A stretch of 64,000 nucleotides of DNA, taken from Podarcis tiliguerta. Lineage: Eukaryota. Within the stretch, counting starts at the first letter, position 1; each line of letters starts with the position of its first letter. Position numbers and translations under genes: made by a program. The notes beneath the pieces are model-generated. The model saw nothing but the letters and a program-made list of their open reading frames with translations. It did not search any database and was not told where the DNA came from. The stretch is taken from the NCBI GenBank assembly GCA_965153285.1, contig OZ229119.1; one strand, 5' to 3'. Positions 12,705-26,158 of this stretch are shown one piece after another.

Positions 12705-13606
12705 CTGATTATGAAAGGAAAGAATAGTGAAAAACCACATATTGCAAGAGGTGCCTTTCTATTAAGGACTTGGGTTTGGAAGGCAATACCTGAACTTCTT
12801 ACCCTTTGCCTGCTGGAAAGTGTCCAAGGGAGAGTGAAAAGGCAAGAAAGCAGAGCCCAGGATCAGGGCAGAAAACACAGTTCCAGCAGCTTGATAAATC
12901 CTTAAAGTCTTTTAGCTTTTTGCAGTTGGTGCAAGAATTATATTAAATATGCAGTTGGCTTGTATTGATGCACCTACTGCAGGGATGAGTTCTCAGATAA
13001 CTGGCACTTACAGATTTACTGCACCCCAACACACCCTTCTAAAATCAATATATGGCTACACAAAATCTCCACTTTGCAATTTTTGTATCTGAAATGTCAC
13101 ATTATGACTGCCTGTTGTTATGCTTTGTTTTTGTTTTTAATTATCATTGACTTGCAAACTATTCCTAATATTGCATATCATAACAGCAGCTTTTTGTAAC
13201 AACACAACAAATGTTTGCAATTCCACACTGATCCCATCAAGACTCAGGAGCTACATATAATGGTTTGTATCCAGATTTCACTCCAACCTGTGGGAGCATC
13301 CCCTCAGTGGAACTCATGGGACACTCCCAATGACAGACCAATAGGAGACAGCTGTTGCCTGTTTCTTCCTCCCACTACAGCCTCTTCCACAGTTCCTGAG
13401 GGTTAGGTGACTCTCTGAAGCAGTGTAGGGAGAGGGAAATGGCAAAAGTCTTCCATGGATGGAAGGAACATTTCCATCAATGGAAGGTGATGTCTGGACA
13501 CAGCCCACAGTATTTCCAGCTACGACTTCTTACTTGCAGCATGGGAGCTGAAGCTCCTTCAAAAAGCACAGTTCATAAAAAAATAATAATCAACATGTTC
13601 ACATAC

Positions 13607-13816
13607 CACTCCATTAACAGAAAGTAACTGGTCTCCCCGTTTGAGTCCTCCATGCCTCTCAGCTACTCCTCCAGGAATTATGCGAGAAATATAAATAGGA
13701 GAATTTTGTTCTTTTCCTCCCATTACATTAAAGCCAAGGCCTTCATCAGTCTTTGGCAGTTCTACCACTCGAGGGTGAGAATGGCCTTCACTAGCTGCAA
13801 AGGCAGCAACTGTTGC
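13607..13816 (-). CDS. LIN7A: LIN7A coding exon 4 ([34 protein letters not shown]...LLSVNGV; PDZ with GLGF loop)
   Basis: ttctag acceptor, GTG|gtatgt donor, 210 nt, PDZ GLGF motif. Confidence 0.97.
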
Positions 13817-14289
13817 CTAGAAGAAAACACATCTCCTCAGCATATAGCGAGTACAGTGAAAAGCACTGGTGCTGACTTTGTTTAAAATATTAATTTGCAT
13901 GAAACAGTATTTGCAATTCCTTAATTTTAAGCAAATATATTGTCAATTCTTCTGAATACGAAGTATTGATGGGGAGCATTTAGTACAGAATTGCCCAAGG
14001 CCTCCAAGCACAGTTATGTGCCATCATCGTTGGTATTATGACTGGGGTGCATGAATCCCAAGTTCGGAGTTTCACATGTGCTTAGAGGCTCCCATGGAGC
14101 TCCTGCACTTTGGGGTACCCTATTTCCATAAACGCAACCCATGCACATGAAGCAAATATGAAAATCAGTTCTGTGCACTACTTGGAGAAGTTTTTCTGGG
14201 CAGAGGGATGCCATGATTTCGGTAGAGTTTCTAAATCTATAAGCAGTTTTCTATGTTCTCTAGAATGTGACCTCCCTATGAAACCTGAA

Positions 14290-14683
14290 TAATAATAATA
14301 ATAATAATTTATACTCCGCCCATCTGGCTTGGCTTCCCCAGCCACTCTGGGCGGCTTCCAACAAAATATTAAAAATATATTAAAACATCAGTCATTAAAA
14401 ACCTCCCTAAACAGGGCTGCCTACAGATGTCTTCTAAAAGTCAGATAGTTGTTTATTTCCTTGACATCTGATGGGAGGGCGTTCCACAGGGCGGGTGCCA
14501 CCACCGAGAAGGCCCTCTACTTGGTTCCCTGTAACTTCGATTCTCGCAGTGAGGGAACCACCCGAAGGCCCTCAGAGCTGGACCTCAGTGTCTGGGCAGA
14601 ATGATGGGGTGGAAATGCTCCTTCAGGTATACTGGACCAAGGCCGTTTAGGGCTTTAAAGGTCAGCACCAACACTTTGAATTG
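14290..14683 (-). mobile_element. L2 LINE 3' fragment (intron 3)
   Basis: Closely similar to the 25305 fragment; (AAT)n tail at the left end. Confidence 0.85.
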
Positions 14684-17309
14684 TTATTTAAATTGAATTT
14701 TTATAATGCAAACTCTTTCTGCTGTGAATAATGATAATAAAAAGTAAGCTTTGCCAGACTACAAAAAAGGGAGCTGTTTTTTCCTTAAATATGTATTTTC
14801 AAAGTAACATTTAAAAATGTTTTAACAGATTTGATTAACAACTGAAAGCTCTGCAGGGCCTTTATGCACACACTGAGCTTCATGCTAGCAGGGGCAGGCA
14901 TGCAACATCCCTCAGCAGCAAAGTGGAATCTGTATACCATAGTCTTTACATGCGAAGTAGAGCCACTGGACTCTGGCAATGGTAAGGAGTGGAAGAAAAA
15001 ATACTTTAATTAGGGGAGTTTAGTTTAAATAACTGTGTCGAATAAATTTAGGACTCCTGAAATAAAAACAGTTGCTGAAATTAAAGCAGCAGGAAACCAG
15101 GATTGCATTGCTTAAAAACCCCCAACAACGTTTAGAAGTATACCTTAATTCTCAAAATAAACCAATTTGTATTGTGGAAACAGACATTTTCCCACCAGCA
15201 ACTGTTTTTCAAATTGTTTTGTATGTTTCTTTGGCATGTTAAAATGCAGAAAAGAAGTTAGCTAAAGTTAAACACTTTAAGGGCTTCATTCATTTCCATA
15301 GGAGAGATATACACTAGAATCCTATATTTGCATATTCAGAAGTAAGTCCTATTGAGGCTTAGCCTCAGGCAAGTGGCTATAGAATGGTAGCCCCAAGCAC
15401 ATACCTAACTCTTCTATTGAAATAAATGATGCTAGAAAGTGCTTAACTTCTGCTGGAATGATGCCCACGGTTCCTAAAGGTCCTATGAGAGATTGTTCTA
15501 TTAGGGATGTTTAATGGATGGAACTAGGTAACATGAGTATGAGACCTTAGTTACATATGCAACATGTGTTATCATGCAAAAATTGTAACCATGCACACAT
15601 TAAATGTCAAACATAAATGCACAAGATAATGCAATGCAGACAGCCCAGAAAAAACCAGGAAATATTGTGATATTGAAACATTGCTCTACAATCCTGCTGT
15701 TCTAAATGAATAAGAAATGAGAATGGCAAACCTGGAGAGTTTTTCACCTTTAACTGTACTTTTCCATCCACAGCAGAAATAATATAGAACACACCTTTCT
15801 TGGATAAGTAGTTACAAAGCTCAAGCTCAAACCACTCTTGGATATGTGCAATGTTCCAGAAGCTGATAACATAATGGAGGAATTTTATTTAGACCTACCT
15901 ATAGCTTATTAAAGTTAAAAAGTACTGCATGGCTCAGAATGGTGTGTTTTTTTACTCTCTAATAATCTAAAACACATTATTTTAATGGTTTTAATAATAC
16001 ATTTAAAACAATGTTCCCCCTACATCAAACTTTGGGTTTTCTCCATTTCAAATCAACAGGATTCTTTCACTGGAAGTGTGGAAAGAACATTAGCATTAAT
16101 TGCTTTGATTTGCAAAGAACGGTGTTCTTAGGTTTGTGTGCATATGCTTTGCAAAAGTTCTACAGTTTTCTTAGTTTTCTTTCCCCTGCCTCACTCATGC
16201 AGAGAAAATTCATTCAAGTTTTATCAGTGTTATAAGGCAGAATCTATTCCATGGGGAAATGTGTATTTTATTGCAAACATTTATTCTCTGCACAATGTGA
16301 ACACAAAAGTACATTTCAGATTTAGTTACAAAAGCAATGGGATGGATTGGATAAAATGCTAAACCACAGTTTAGCATTGCAAGGATGATTCTAGCCTCCC
16401 ACTGGGCTTGCACATGCCCCTCCCCTCTACACAGAATTCCTGAGGTGTTATGAAGCTTTCACTTCTGCTTCGATGAACCTCAGGTTATTGTGTAATCTGA
16501 AGCCACACAAACGGCGGTTAATCTTAACTATGGTTGGTGGAAACAAGCTAACTTCAAACCATAGTTTATTAACTTAACTTGCTTATCTGAACCCCCTTTC
16601 ACGTTTTAGATGGCATGCCAAACTTTGGTAAATCAAAGATGGAAGAAAAAACTTCCAATCTCTTTGGAGTTGCACCAGATGGGAGAAGTAGGAAGCCTGG
16701 GGAAAGCAAAGCTTTTTGTAATGATAAAACCAATGGTTTAGTGTTGCAACTGAACGCAGCCATTGTTTCTCTTGATGTTGGGCACATACAAAGATTTGTA
16801 AGGATTCTTCCTGAAATTTCGTCATAAGGCCCTGTTTTTCAGAAGTGATGAACAACACACAGCTGCTGCTGCTGCTTTCTGTTGAGGAAATATGTGTTCA
16901 GCATCTCTGAAAGTGAGAACCTTTACTGTCCTAAAGGCAGGCCTGTGCCATACTATGAGGAAAAAAAAATGTTACAGGAGAACTTAGCTAAAGAAGCGCG
17001 AATGGCCAGTACATTGTTCTATGCAATGAAATAGTAGATTTGACCTGAAGCTGGCTCCCCGCTCCCCACACTGCAAGCCTCTTTATTCTGGAAAGCATTC
17101 TCTTTTCTTAAGCTACAGAAGCAGCAGCACAAAGGTTGAATTTGCCATTATAGTTGTTACCTGGAAAGTAGCACTGGTTCTAGACTCTGGGCTGCCACTG
17201 ATGTCTAAATTTTCTTACAGTCTACACACGAATACCTGAAACATACACGCGCACAGTCAATTACTGGGGCATCTTAGGAGTGTCTATTTTAAAGCTGCAA
17301 GCACCCTAC

Positions 17310-17381
17310 CTTTGCTGTTGCCCTTGCGCGGAATTCGGGGCAGCCATTAACGTTTATGGTTTCATGCATATATTGATATAC
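17310..17381 (-). CDS. LIN7A: LIN7A coding exon 3 (VYQYMHETINVNGCPEFRARATAK)
   Basis: Pyrimidine tract + cag acceptor, AAG|gtaggg donor, 72 nt. YMHET..NGCPEFRA distinguishes LIN7A from LIN7B/C. Confidence 0.97.
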
Positions 17382-17852
17382 CTGAAGCAGAAAAAACAAA
17401 CAGAAGCAAAACGAATCATCAAGTGTTTCTCCGCAAGTCAAAAGCTCTGAATACAATTTAGTGCTTGTTTGCCTGGCCAGTTTGTTTTTTGTATTTCTCA
17501 TGTCATAGGACAATGCTACCTTCAACAGCCTTTTTGTACTATAGATTTAATAATCCGTATGTCTCCCCTCAAGGCTATTGGAAGCATATTGCCATATTTC
17601 AAGCACTCAAACATCTATATTTGATACACAGAGAATATGTAACACTTCCTTGGATTGCCATACATGGAACACTTGAGTGGGCCATAATCATGTAAATGGG
17701 TGCATTTCATCCTTCACACTTTATATATTTCTTGTAAAAAAACATGAGTGTTGCACTGGCGTGCACAAAGCAAACACATCTGCCTTATGAAGTGTAGAGC
17801 CCTCTTTAATTAAAAAACAAACAAGCCACTTTTACATTTAACTATTAGCAGC

Positions 17853-18427
17853 ATGTGCCAGGAGCAGGTCAGCAATAAATCACACGGCGTCAGTGAATTA
17901 ATTCTTTCTTCAAGGAAACAAGGTTGACTCAGGAGGCCATGCCTAGTGAGCACAGCAACTCGTCCTGGTAGATCTTGCCCCTATGAGACAGTTGTGGGGG
18001 CTGAAGGTCCCCACCTTCCCACAGTTCCCTAAGTCTCCTCCTCGCCTGTGTCCTTCCCAAGCAATCTGATATTCTGCTGTTGTGCCTCTCTTCATACTGG
18101 GTCCTGGGAGACCAGGGGGGAGAGGAACTGGTTGTAGCATGAGTGGGAGACCCCCCTGGCTTCTTCACAGCCTGACTCATCTCTGCTTCTTGTGCCCCAT
18201 CCTCTTCATTCTCCGCTTCTACCTCTGATTCTGCACTGCTCTCTACCACAGCCTCTTCCTGCTCACCAAACCCTGTTACTTCTTCAGCTTCCGATACCTT
18301 CTCCACCCAGTCTGCTCCCTCTGACCACTCGTCCCACCACCCATCCCCTGGCTCTAAGTTTTCTTCCCTTGGGGGTTGCCCAGCTGCTGTCTCCCACCAC
18401 TCCTCTGTACCCAGCCAGTCCATGACA
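17853..18427 (-). mobile_element. Probable solo LTR (Gypsy-like) carrying an acidic ORF
   Basis: Minus strand starts TGTCATG and ends near ...GGCACA; sharp GC-rich boundary against AT-rich intron. No TSD confirmed. Confidence 0.5.
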
Positions 18428-20877
18428 TTAAGACAAACAGACACACACACAAGTTTTGCCTGTCTTTTTGTCAAGAAGCTGAACTTGTTAGCAATGTGAA
18501 CTCCGGTAGTAAGACACCAACAAGAGCAAAGAACAAAACACCACTTTTCTTGATTTCTTTTTTCACACAGAACTACTAAGAAGATAGGCCCTTTTAGTGT
18601 GGTTTAATTATTTAACACCAATCAAAAAATAGGTTGCTTTGTTGACTTTCTTGGGGATTTTTTCAAAGTTTTGCTGAGAGTGTTCTTTTCTGCTGTAGAA
18701 CTGACCAGTGAAACTTTCAGTAAAGGCAACATTGCCATTAAGATACTTTGAACTAAGTTGTCAGTTCAGACTTTGGTACTTTTGATGAAGATATAGATGA
18801 AGATATCGACAGTGTGCAAAGCCTGTGAAAAAGGCAAACTCCATGTGCAGACTTCCCCCCCCCCCCACTTTTGGTCCTGGCACAACAGCAAAGAGGAGTA
18901 ATTTTCTTTTTTAAAAAAATGTTTACTACATAATCTAGGCATGATGTTGGCACATCACTAACGACATTACTGGATTCCCTACGCATGGTCCCTGTTCTAT
19001 ACCCAACAGAGCACAGGATCAGACTCTTTGAATATCTGCGAACTTCTACATTCTTATACAGCGGAACTGCACTCAAACAAGTTGCAGCAAGAATGCTTAG
19101 TGCACTGAAGATACCTACTGGCATATTTATTAAATTTGAAATTGTAGTCCTGTGGCTCTAATCAAATACTAAATCATCAAGACATCCTTAATCATCTCAG
19201 GTCTAATTTAATGTACCATGACTTATTGGTGTGATAAATAATCAAGTTATAATTGCTTTCACTTGAATACTCACTCCAAGTGAAAAATGTCAATGTTTAA
19301 ATAATGTAAGAGGCCATCAATTAATTTCAGAGTCTGCTTGATATTATGCTGTTCTGCTCAATAGCAATAAACACAAAGTGGGTACTATGTTTGCAGTACT
19401 AGTGTGGAGGGACATATCTTTCTGTTTCTGCTCTAGGATCCAGCAGTGTTTTTTTATAGTGGGACAATAGCAGTCAGTACTGTACTGAGGAGACATCTGT
19501 ATGTGGGTTTGAGCTTTGAAAAAGGGTTTTTTTGGGGGGATGATAACACCTTTGGCACCTTGTTCCATCTGCTACAGTGTAACACAAGAGCAATTTTCCA
19601 GGACCAACAGCACAAAACATAGTTATGTGGACATGTTTTGTTTTTTGAAGGCTCATGGGGCACAGCTGGATGCTGCAATTAGTTCACAACTGCAAGCCAG
19701 AAGTGAGGAATAATTGTAAGACCACAAAAGATACATCCAATTTATCTTTTCTTATTACAAGGAGGAGGAATGGATGCTGCAAGATAGTGTGGTTTGTCAA
19801 ACTGGAAATTAACAATAATAATAATGCTACCACTTAAAAGGAAACTGATTCCGAGTTGCACAGCTAAGTCCACATAGAGTATACCCATTGAAACCAATGG
19901 ATAAGTTAGTCATATCAATTGATATCCCTTGGGTCTGCTAATGGTATGGCTTACTTGGTCCCAGCCCTCTGAGCATAATTTTTGGTGATGCAAATGGATC
20001 TTTGATATCCCTCTAAAATGCACTTTAGTATGATTTAATGAATGAGCAGTATGATTATTTTGACCAGGGTGAATCTGGTTCAAATCCTACATCAGCCATG
20101 AAATGTTCAAAGGGCCCTTTCACAAGCTTTCAGCCCAAACCACCTCATGGGGTTGCTAAGAGCAGAAAATGGGGAGGGTAGCATTTATGCTGCATTCAGC
20201 TCCTTCAAACGAGGGCAGCATATAATTGCAAGAAAGAAATGCTGTTTTAAAGAGGGAGATGGCAAATAAAAAACAAGGGCCACAGTCCTCCTCATTATTT
20301 AAGCTGCCTTCATTTGTGCAGAATTTCAGCAATGATTTAATGAGCTTTAGATCAAAAAAGACTTGGTCCAGGCAGGGTTGACCAACATAGTGTATTAATA
20401 ATGTTTGCATTTTATCTTAATCTTGAGAGATATGCTTTTTTAAAACAGCACCATCCCTTCTAATTTTGAACTCAGGTGGTTGAGTGCCTATTAGTTTTGA
20501 AATGAAACTGAGTCATCCAAAAATACAGAAATGGTTTCTTCATATTTCAAGGATTCCCTAGGCATGCAGAAGGCTAAAAACCCCTCAAACCTGCCTGACC
20601 ATAACTAGAGTGTTTATAGAATGTTGAGAGGGGTGGGGGAATCTAAAGAAACCAGAATGGAACTTCTTAAATTTTGACAACTTGCAGGTCTGAAAACAGA
20701 TGTTTTAATTTACTCTTGAATGCCTTGTCCCCCACCACAATACAATTTATTTCAATATACATTGGAAAGGTCAAACAGTAAAAATCTGGCTGATTGACAG
20801 AAGTTAGGCAGACTGGGTGAGTCTTTCAATTAGGTCTATGGTTGAAAGCAGTTGAGGCAAGGAATGTTCAGAAGTTT

Positions 20878-21055
20878 ACTGTAATGATAATACTCTCTAT
20901 ATGGGGCTGCTTTTAAAGACAGTACAGAAACTTCAGCTGATACAGAATGCAGCTGTTATGATGCTTGTCCAGGGGACAGGCATTTGAATCAATTCTATAC
21001 CAGTTGCACTGGCTGCCTATTTGCTTCTGGCCTCCATTTGAAACACTTGTTTTGA
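20878..21055 (+). mobile_element. Old L2 ORF2 fragment (a similar piece, ALVTSRLD, lies at about 61325-61385 on the minus strand)
   Basis: Encodes LYMGLLLKTVQKLQLIQNAA...LHWLPICFW. Confidence 0.65.
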
Positions 21056-21628
21056 TTCTAATCAATTAACCCATTTCACTAATAACACATGTGTTCTTAT
21101 TAACTGCATGTGTAGTTCAATGCCTTTGAGATCTGGGTCAAATTAATAGATCTAAATGATTGACAATTAGCAGGCTGTTTATTACTATTATTAGAAACTG
21201 GCAAAAATATCCCAATAATTTTGAACTGGGGGTAGCCAAGACTATATTGCCAATAACACACTTGTGCTTTTTTAAAATCATACTGCCACTCGCAGCTAAC
21301 GGGAACATGGAAATGATCAGTCTTTGGAGCCTCATAATTAATAGATCAATACATATTGCTTATGTATTGATCTATTAATACAGCATCAGTTTAAAAGTGT
21401 AAGATTGCCTTTGCTCAATCTGATCAGTGATCCATCTAATGCAGAATTCTGTTTCACTCATGGCCTGTTGGATGCCTGTGGGAAGTTTGTGTGAAGGACA
21501 TTAAGGCAACAGACATAACCCGCTGTCTGTACTAACATCTTTATTCACCGCCTCTGAATTCAGGGATTCAGTTTTGTTATCATGGCTGATAGCTGTTGAT
21601 AGAACAAGCAGCCATCACCTTTGTACTG

Positions 21629-21882
21629 CAGGGGCCAGCAAGGTTTATCTTGCCTGGGCTGGATCAGTGCTGTGGTGATCCCTCCGTGGACATGCACGCC
21701 CGTGATTTCCAGCATCTGTGCATGTGCAGACGCGATTTCAGCACCACGGAAGTGATTCCCCACGCCGTGCTAGTTTAGTGTAGTGCGTGAGTGGGCAGCT
21801 CAGTTCGGGGGTGGCTTGTGGGCCAGTCAAATGACCTCCGTGGGCTGCTTCCGGCCCATGGGCCTTAGGTTGCTGACCCCTA
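21629..21882. mobile_element. Non-autonomous hAT element
   Basis: cagggg.cagcaa...ttgctgaccccta TIRs; degenerate 8-bp TSD ttgtactg / gtgtacag; related to the copy at 29333. Confidence 0.8.
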
Positions 21883-23442
21883 GTGTACAGCATCTTCTGG
21901 TAGAAAGCTGTTGTAGTCCTATATAAAAGGGCTCTGGCAGCAAGCAAGGATCACTAAAGCTCCAATCCTACCAAGGAGGGCAAAAACCAAAGTTGGATGA
22001 ACAGCAGGGTAGATGTGAGGTAAAAAAAAAAGAAAGAACACTTGAAATCCTTCTTCCTTTAAATGTATCCCTTTTTAACATTTCCCTTTTCATCATGGGA
22101 GAGATTTAGACCAACTACTGAGCTGGTCTAAATCTTCCCTGTCTTGAGGGTATGTCAGAGGACTGTGGCAATTTTGGATTATTTGGCTCCAATATGTTCT
22201 CTGGTCCTTCCCTTGCACAGTTCCATCATGCCCCCTTTCTGGCCCTACTGATGTCGTGGCTCTGACAGAGATTGTGCTGGGATATCAGGCGTTCCCATGT
22301 TGGTGGGGAGTCAGGATCCAACCTTGGCTCTCCCTCTTCAGTGTTGGAAAGGGAGATCCAATGTATCCTATGGCCCCCGAGATGGTCTCTCAGGGGTAAT
22401 AGGATCACCCCCTAAATCTACTACATGTTTCTGAACCATTATTGCCCAGGTTATGAAAAACACCCACTGCACTCATATCAATTTTCAACATGCGTTATAT
22501 GCTGAATGCAGAAAACAGTACCACCTGACTCCTAGATATGCCAGGCAAGGATGCACTGAGGTAAGGAAATGCATATGTATTGTGGCTGTCAAGCACATCA
22601 AAAATTAAGCTGATTAATTATAGAAGCTTTAGCAAACTAATTAACCACTACAATTATCATAAATTATAATGTGCAAAATAAAATTATTTCAAAGACAAAA
22701 TGAAGTTCATTTGCAAAGAACAAGAGCCAACTGTCATGGGGCCAATCTGGAGGGCCACAGGCTTACTGATCTACAGAAAACATTGACGTGATACCCACAA
22801 GGGGGATTCTAACAGGCCAAATGATACTTCACTATTGCAGTTACTAAAAATACTGCTTTGACAGGACAGGAGAAAGCATAGTGGCAACAAACCCTTTTTA
22901 TAAAATGGAAATTCAAATCTCTTGTGAGAATAGGAAAAACAAGAACAGAGAAGAAGCGTAAGGAAAAACAAAAATAAGGTCCCAAGTTCTGCTAATCAGG
23001 GAGGCACGACTGCTCAGTTTTGGAACATGATTTGAATACAGAAGATAATGGCAACCCCGGCTAAAAAGGACTCAGCAGATCAGGCCTCTGTCTGAAACAT
23101 TATAGTACTGCTGACAGCTGATGCTAACTGTACTGTGATAGACGCACCAATGGTTTGACTCAGTATAATTGACATAATCTCCACCAATGCATAAAGAAAT
23201 GGCCTATTACCTAATGCAGCTTTTACTTTGCTATTTACATTGTGGGCTGATGGTTAAATATATGGGCATATCCATACAGGAAGATGGATATGCTTCTTCG
23301 GGCACCTCTGCTGTTGGAGGCAAGGTGGGTAACTGCTGGGAGAGGGATTTCCCAGTGATGGAGCTCCAGTTAGGAATGCTTTTTCAAGAAAGGTCCTCTT
23401 GACACTTGCCTTATTCATTTGGCAGCAGGTAAGCGTCGTTTA

Positions 23443-23799
23443 GGGATGCGGGTGGCGCTGTGGGTTAAACCACAGAGTCTAGGACTTGCCGATCAGAAGG
23501 TCGGCGGTTCGAATCCCCATGATCGGGTGAGCTCCCATTGCTCAGTCCCAGCTCCTGCCAACCTAGCAGTTCGAAAGCACGTCAAAGTGCAAGTAGATAA
23601 ATAGGTACCGCTCCAGTGGGAAGGTAAATGGTGTTCCCGTGCGCTGCTCTGGTTCGCCAGAAGTGGCTTAGTCATGCTGGCCACATGACCCGGAAGGTGT
23701 ACGCCGGCTCCCTTGGCCAATAAAGTGAGATGAGCGCCGCCACCCCAGAGTCGGTTATGACTGGACCTAATGGTCAGGGGTCCCTTTACCTTTACCTTT
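23443..23799 (+). mobile_element. Full-length Sauria SINE (LIN7A intron 2)
   Basis: Closely similar to the copy at 4324; ACCTTT tail. Confidence 0.92.
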
Positions 23800-25304
23800 T
23801 TAAACATCTTTTCTTATTATTTCCCTAGGCACTTTAAAGTCAACTTTATGCCTGCTGTCATACCCAGGGTGGCAGGATTCACCGGGGCAGCAGATCCCAA
23901 TGATGATCATTCTTCCGCCCTTAATTTAAGCATTTCTATATGAATTTCTGTAATAAACTAACAGTGAAGGTCATTGCACCCACACCATACATTTAAAACG
24001 CTTAAAACCACTTTAAGAGTCATGGAGAATCCTGGAAACTGTAAATTGATAAGACTGCTGGGAGCTGTAGATCTTCAGTCAGCACTCTTAATAAAGTACA
24101 GTTCCCATGATTCTTTGGAGGCAGCCATGGATGTTAAATTGAGTGCTTTAAATGTAGCACATGCTCCACATCAGGGAGCTATGGGACTTTTACAACAGTC
24201 TCAACGTCTCTTGTCCTTTGTCCCCCCTTTTTAAACTTTAAAAGAAACACATATTTTTACATTGTTTTCAGAGCAGCTTCTTTTCTGAAAGTCAGCCTAC
24301 ATTTGCAATTACACACAGAAATAAAAATGTGCAAATTTGTGTTCTGGGTCTGTGCCGCAAGTCTTTTAAAGGCCTAGCAATGTCCCTGCCTTTCATGCAG
24401 AAGACCCCTGATTATTGCCTGATAAAGAAAGGATTTGATAGTATCTTATGGAAAATACCTCCTGAGATTCTGGAGAGCTACCATTCAGCACAGACAATAC
24501 TGGCCTGCATTGTCTGACTGAGTATAAAGTAGCTTTATGTGATGATTTGAATAAAAATAAAATTGGTCTGTTACTAAAGCTGTTAGAGCTTTGGTATGAT
24601 ACTCTTTTATTAATCTGAAAAAAAAAGTCATGTGCTTCTGTCAGGACAGTGTTAGCAGGCCTCCCTTGGAGACAAACATCTGCATCATTACGCCAGCTGT
24701 CAGAACAATTGGATGCCATGCAAGAAAACTATGTGTCACTTTGCCTCATGCAGTGGGGATGATGATTCATTAACAATCCCAAACCTGCAATGAACTAAAT
24801 CTCATTTAGCTCTCTGTGGAGCTATGACATTTTTAATTACAAAACATACCGCAAGAGTATATGGAAAAAAATATAAAGGTCACCTAATGAAATGTTTCTT
24901 TGAGAGTGTGAAGAAGAGGAAATTAGACTTATTTTACCATATGGGGGGAGGATGAATATTAATTATAGTTAATTTCAAACCTTATATTTGGAATTAAATA
25001 TCCTGAAAAAGCATCGCATCTGAACAAAGGAGGGATGAAGTGCTTCCAAATACAAGGATTTAAGATGCTGATATGGATTTCTGCTTTGCACATCTGCCTA
25101 CTTGCATCCATCTCAGTGTGCTTCCACACCAGATCTGTACTTTGCCTTCTGACTTCACTGTGAGCTGTGGAGGGAGGGAGGAACAGGGTGCTGAATAAGA
25201 TGCAATGGAGCATTTCACTAAGAAATCCCTCAGCAGCCCAAGAACAAACATCTGATTCTGATCATGGTTTCTTTAGGGAAGAACAAAGATCCTGGTTTGG
25301 ATAA

Positions 25305-25745
25305 ATTATTATTTATACCCTGCCATTCTGGGGGGTTTCCCTGGCCACTCTGGGAGGCTTCCAACAAAATATTAAAAATACATTAAAACATCAGTCATTA
25401 AAAACTTCCCTAAACAGGGCTGCCCTCAGATGACTTCTAAATGTTAGATAGTTGTTTATATCTTTGACATCTGATGGGAGGGCATCCCACAGGGCAGGTG
25501 CCACCACCGAGAAGGCCCTCTGCCTGGTTCCCTGTAACTTCACTTCTCGCAGTGAGGGAACTGCCAGAAGGCCCTTGGTGGTAGACCTCAGGGTCCGGCC
25601 AGAACGATGGGGGTGGAGACGCTCCTTCAGGTATACTGGGCCGAGGCCATTTAGGGCTTTAAAGGTCAGCACCAACACTCTGAATTGTGCTTGGAAACGT
25701 ACTGGGAGCCAATGTAGGTCTTTCAAGACCAGTGTTATGTGGTCT
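25305..25745 (-). mobile_element. L2 LINE 3' fragment (ORF2 C-terminus)
   Basis: Encodes DHITLVLKDLHWLPVRF...KALNGLGPVYL...RAFSVVAPALW, characteristic of L2. Confidence 0.9.
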
Positions 25746-26066
25746 TTGGACAACATGGCATGTCAAGGTTTATGGGTTGTTGCTCCTGCTTGTGCTATGG
25801 GAGGAGTGAAGCAGCAGGGATGGACTTTGGGGCTTTCAAATTTCAGTGGTGCTCTGTGTGAGCCCAAAATTCAGCACCCCTCACCTTCCGTTCTGCTCAA
25901 CATCATAGTTGGGACACCCTGCGGTGCCCCTTGGGCTCGGTGCCCAGTGGAGCAGAACTGGTCACGCTGCCCTAAATCTGCCTCTGGAAGCAGGAGCAAT
26001 CCGGCAGCATACTTTCTCACAGCAAGCCATGGTTTATGGCTTATTGCAACATGTGAACATGGCCTA

Positions 26067-26158
26067 CCAATGCAATCCTATGCATATCTACTCAGAAGTC
26101 AGTCATATTGAGTTCAGTGAGGCTGGTTTTCAGGTAAGCATATACAGGATTGCAGCCT
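26067..26158. repeat. About 90-bp palindromic MITE-like repeat; further copies about 10047-10213, 15316-15393, 30984-31074, 38795-38905, 59148-59550
   Basis: tgcaatcct...aggattgca termini around ctactcagaagt..attgagttca..caggtaag; multiple diverged copies in the window. Confidence 0.7.

Noticed and set aside
25452-26111. 219-aa + strand ORF
   Set aside because: Antisense reading of an L2 fragment running into flanking DNA.
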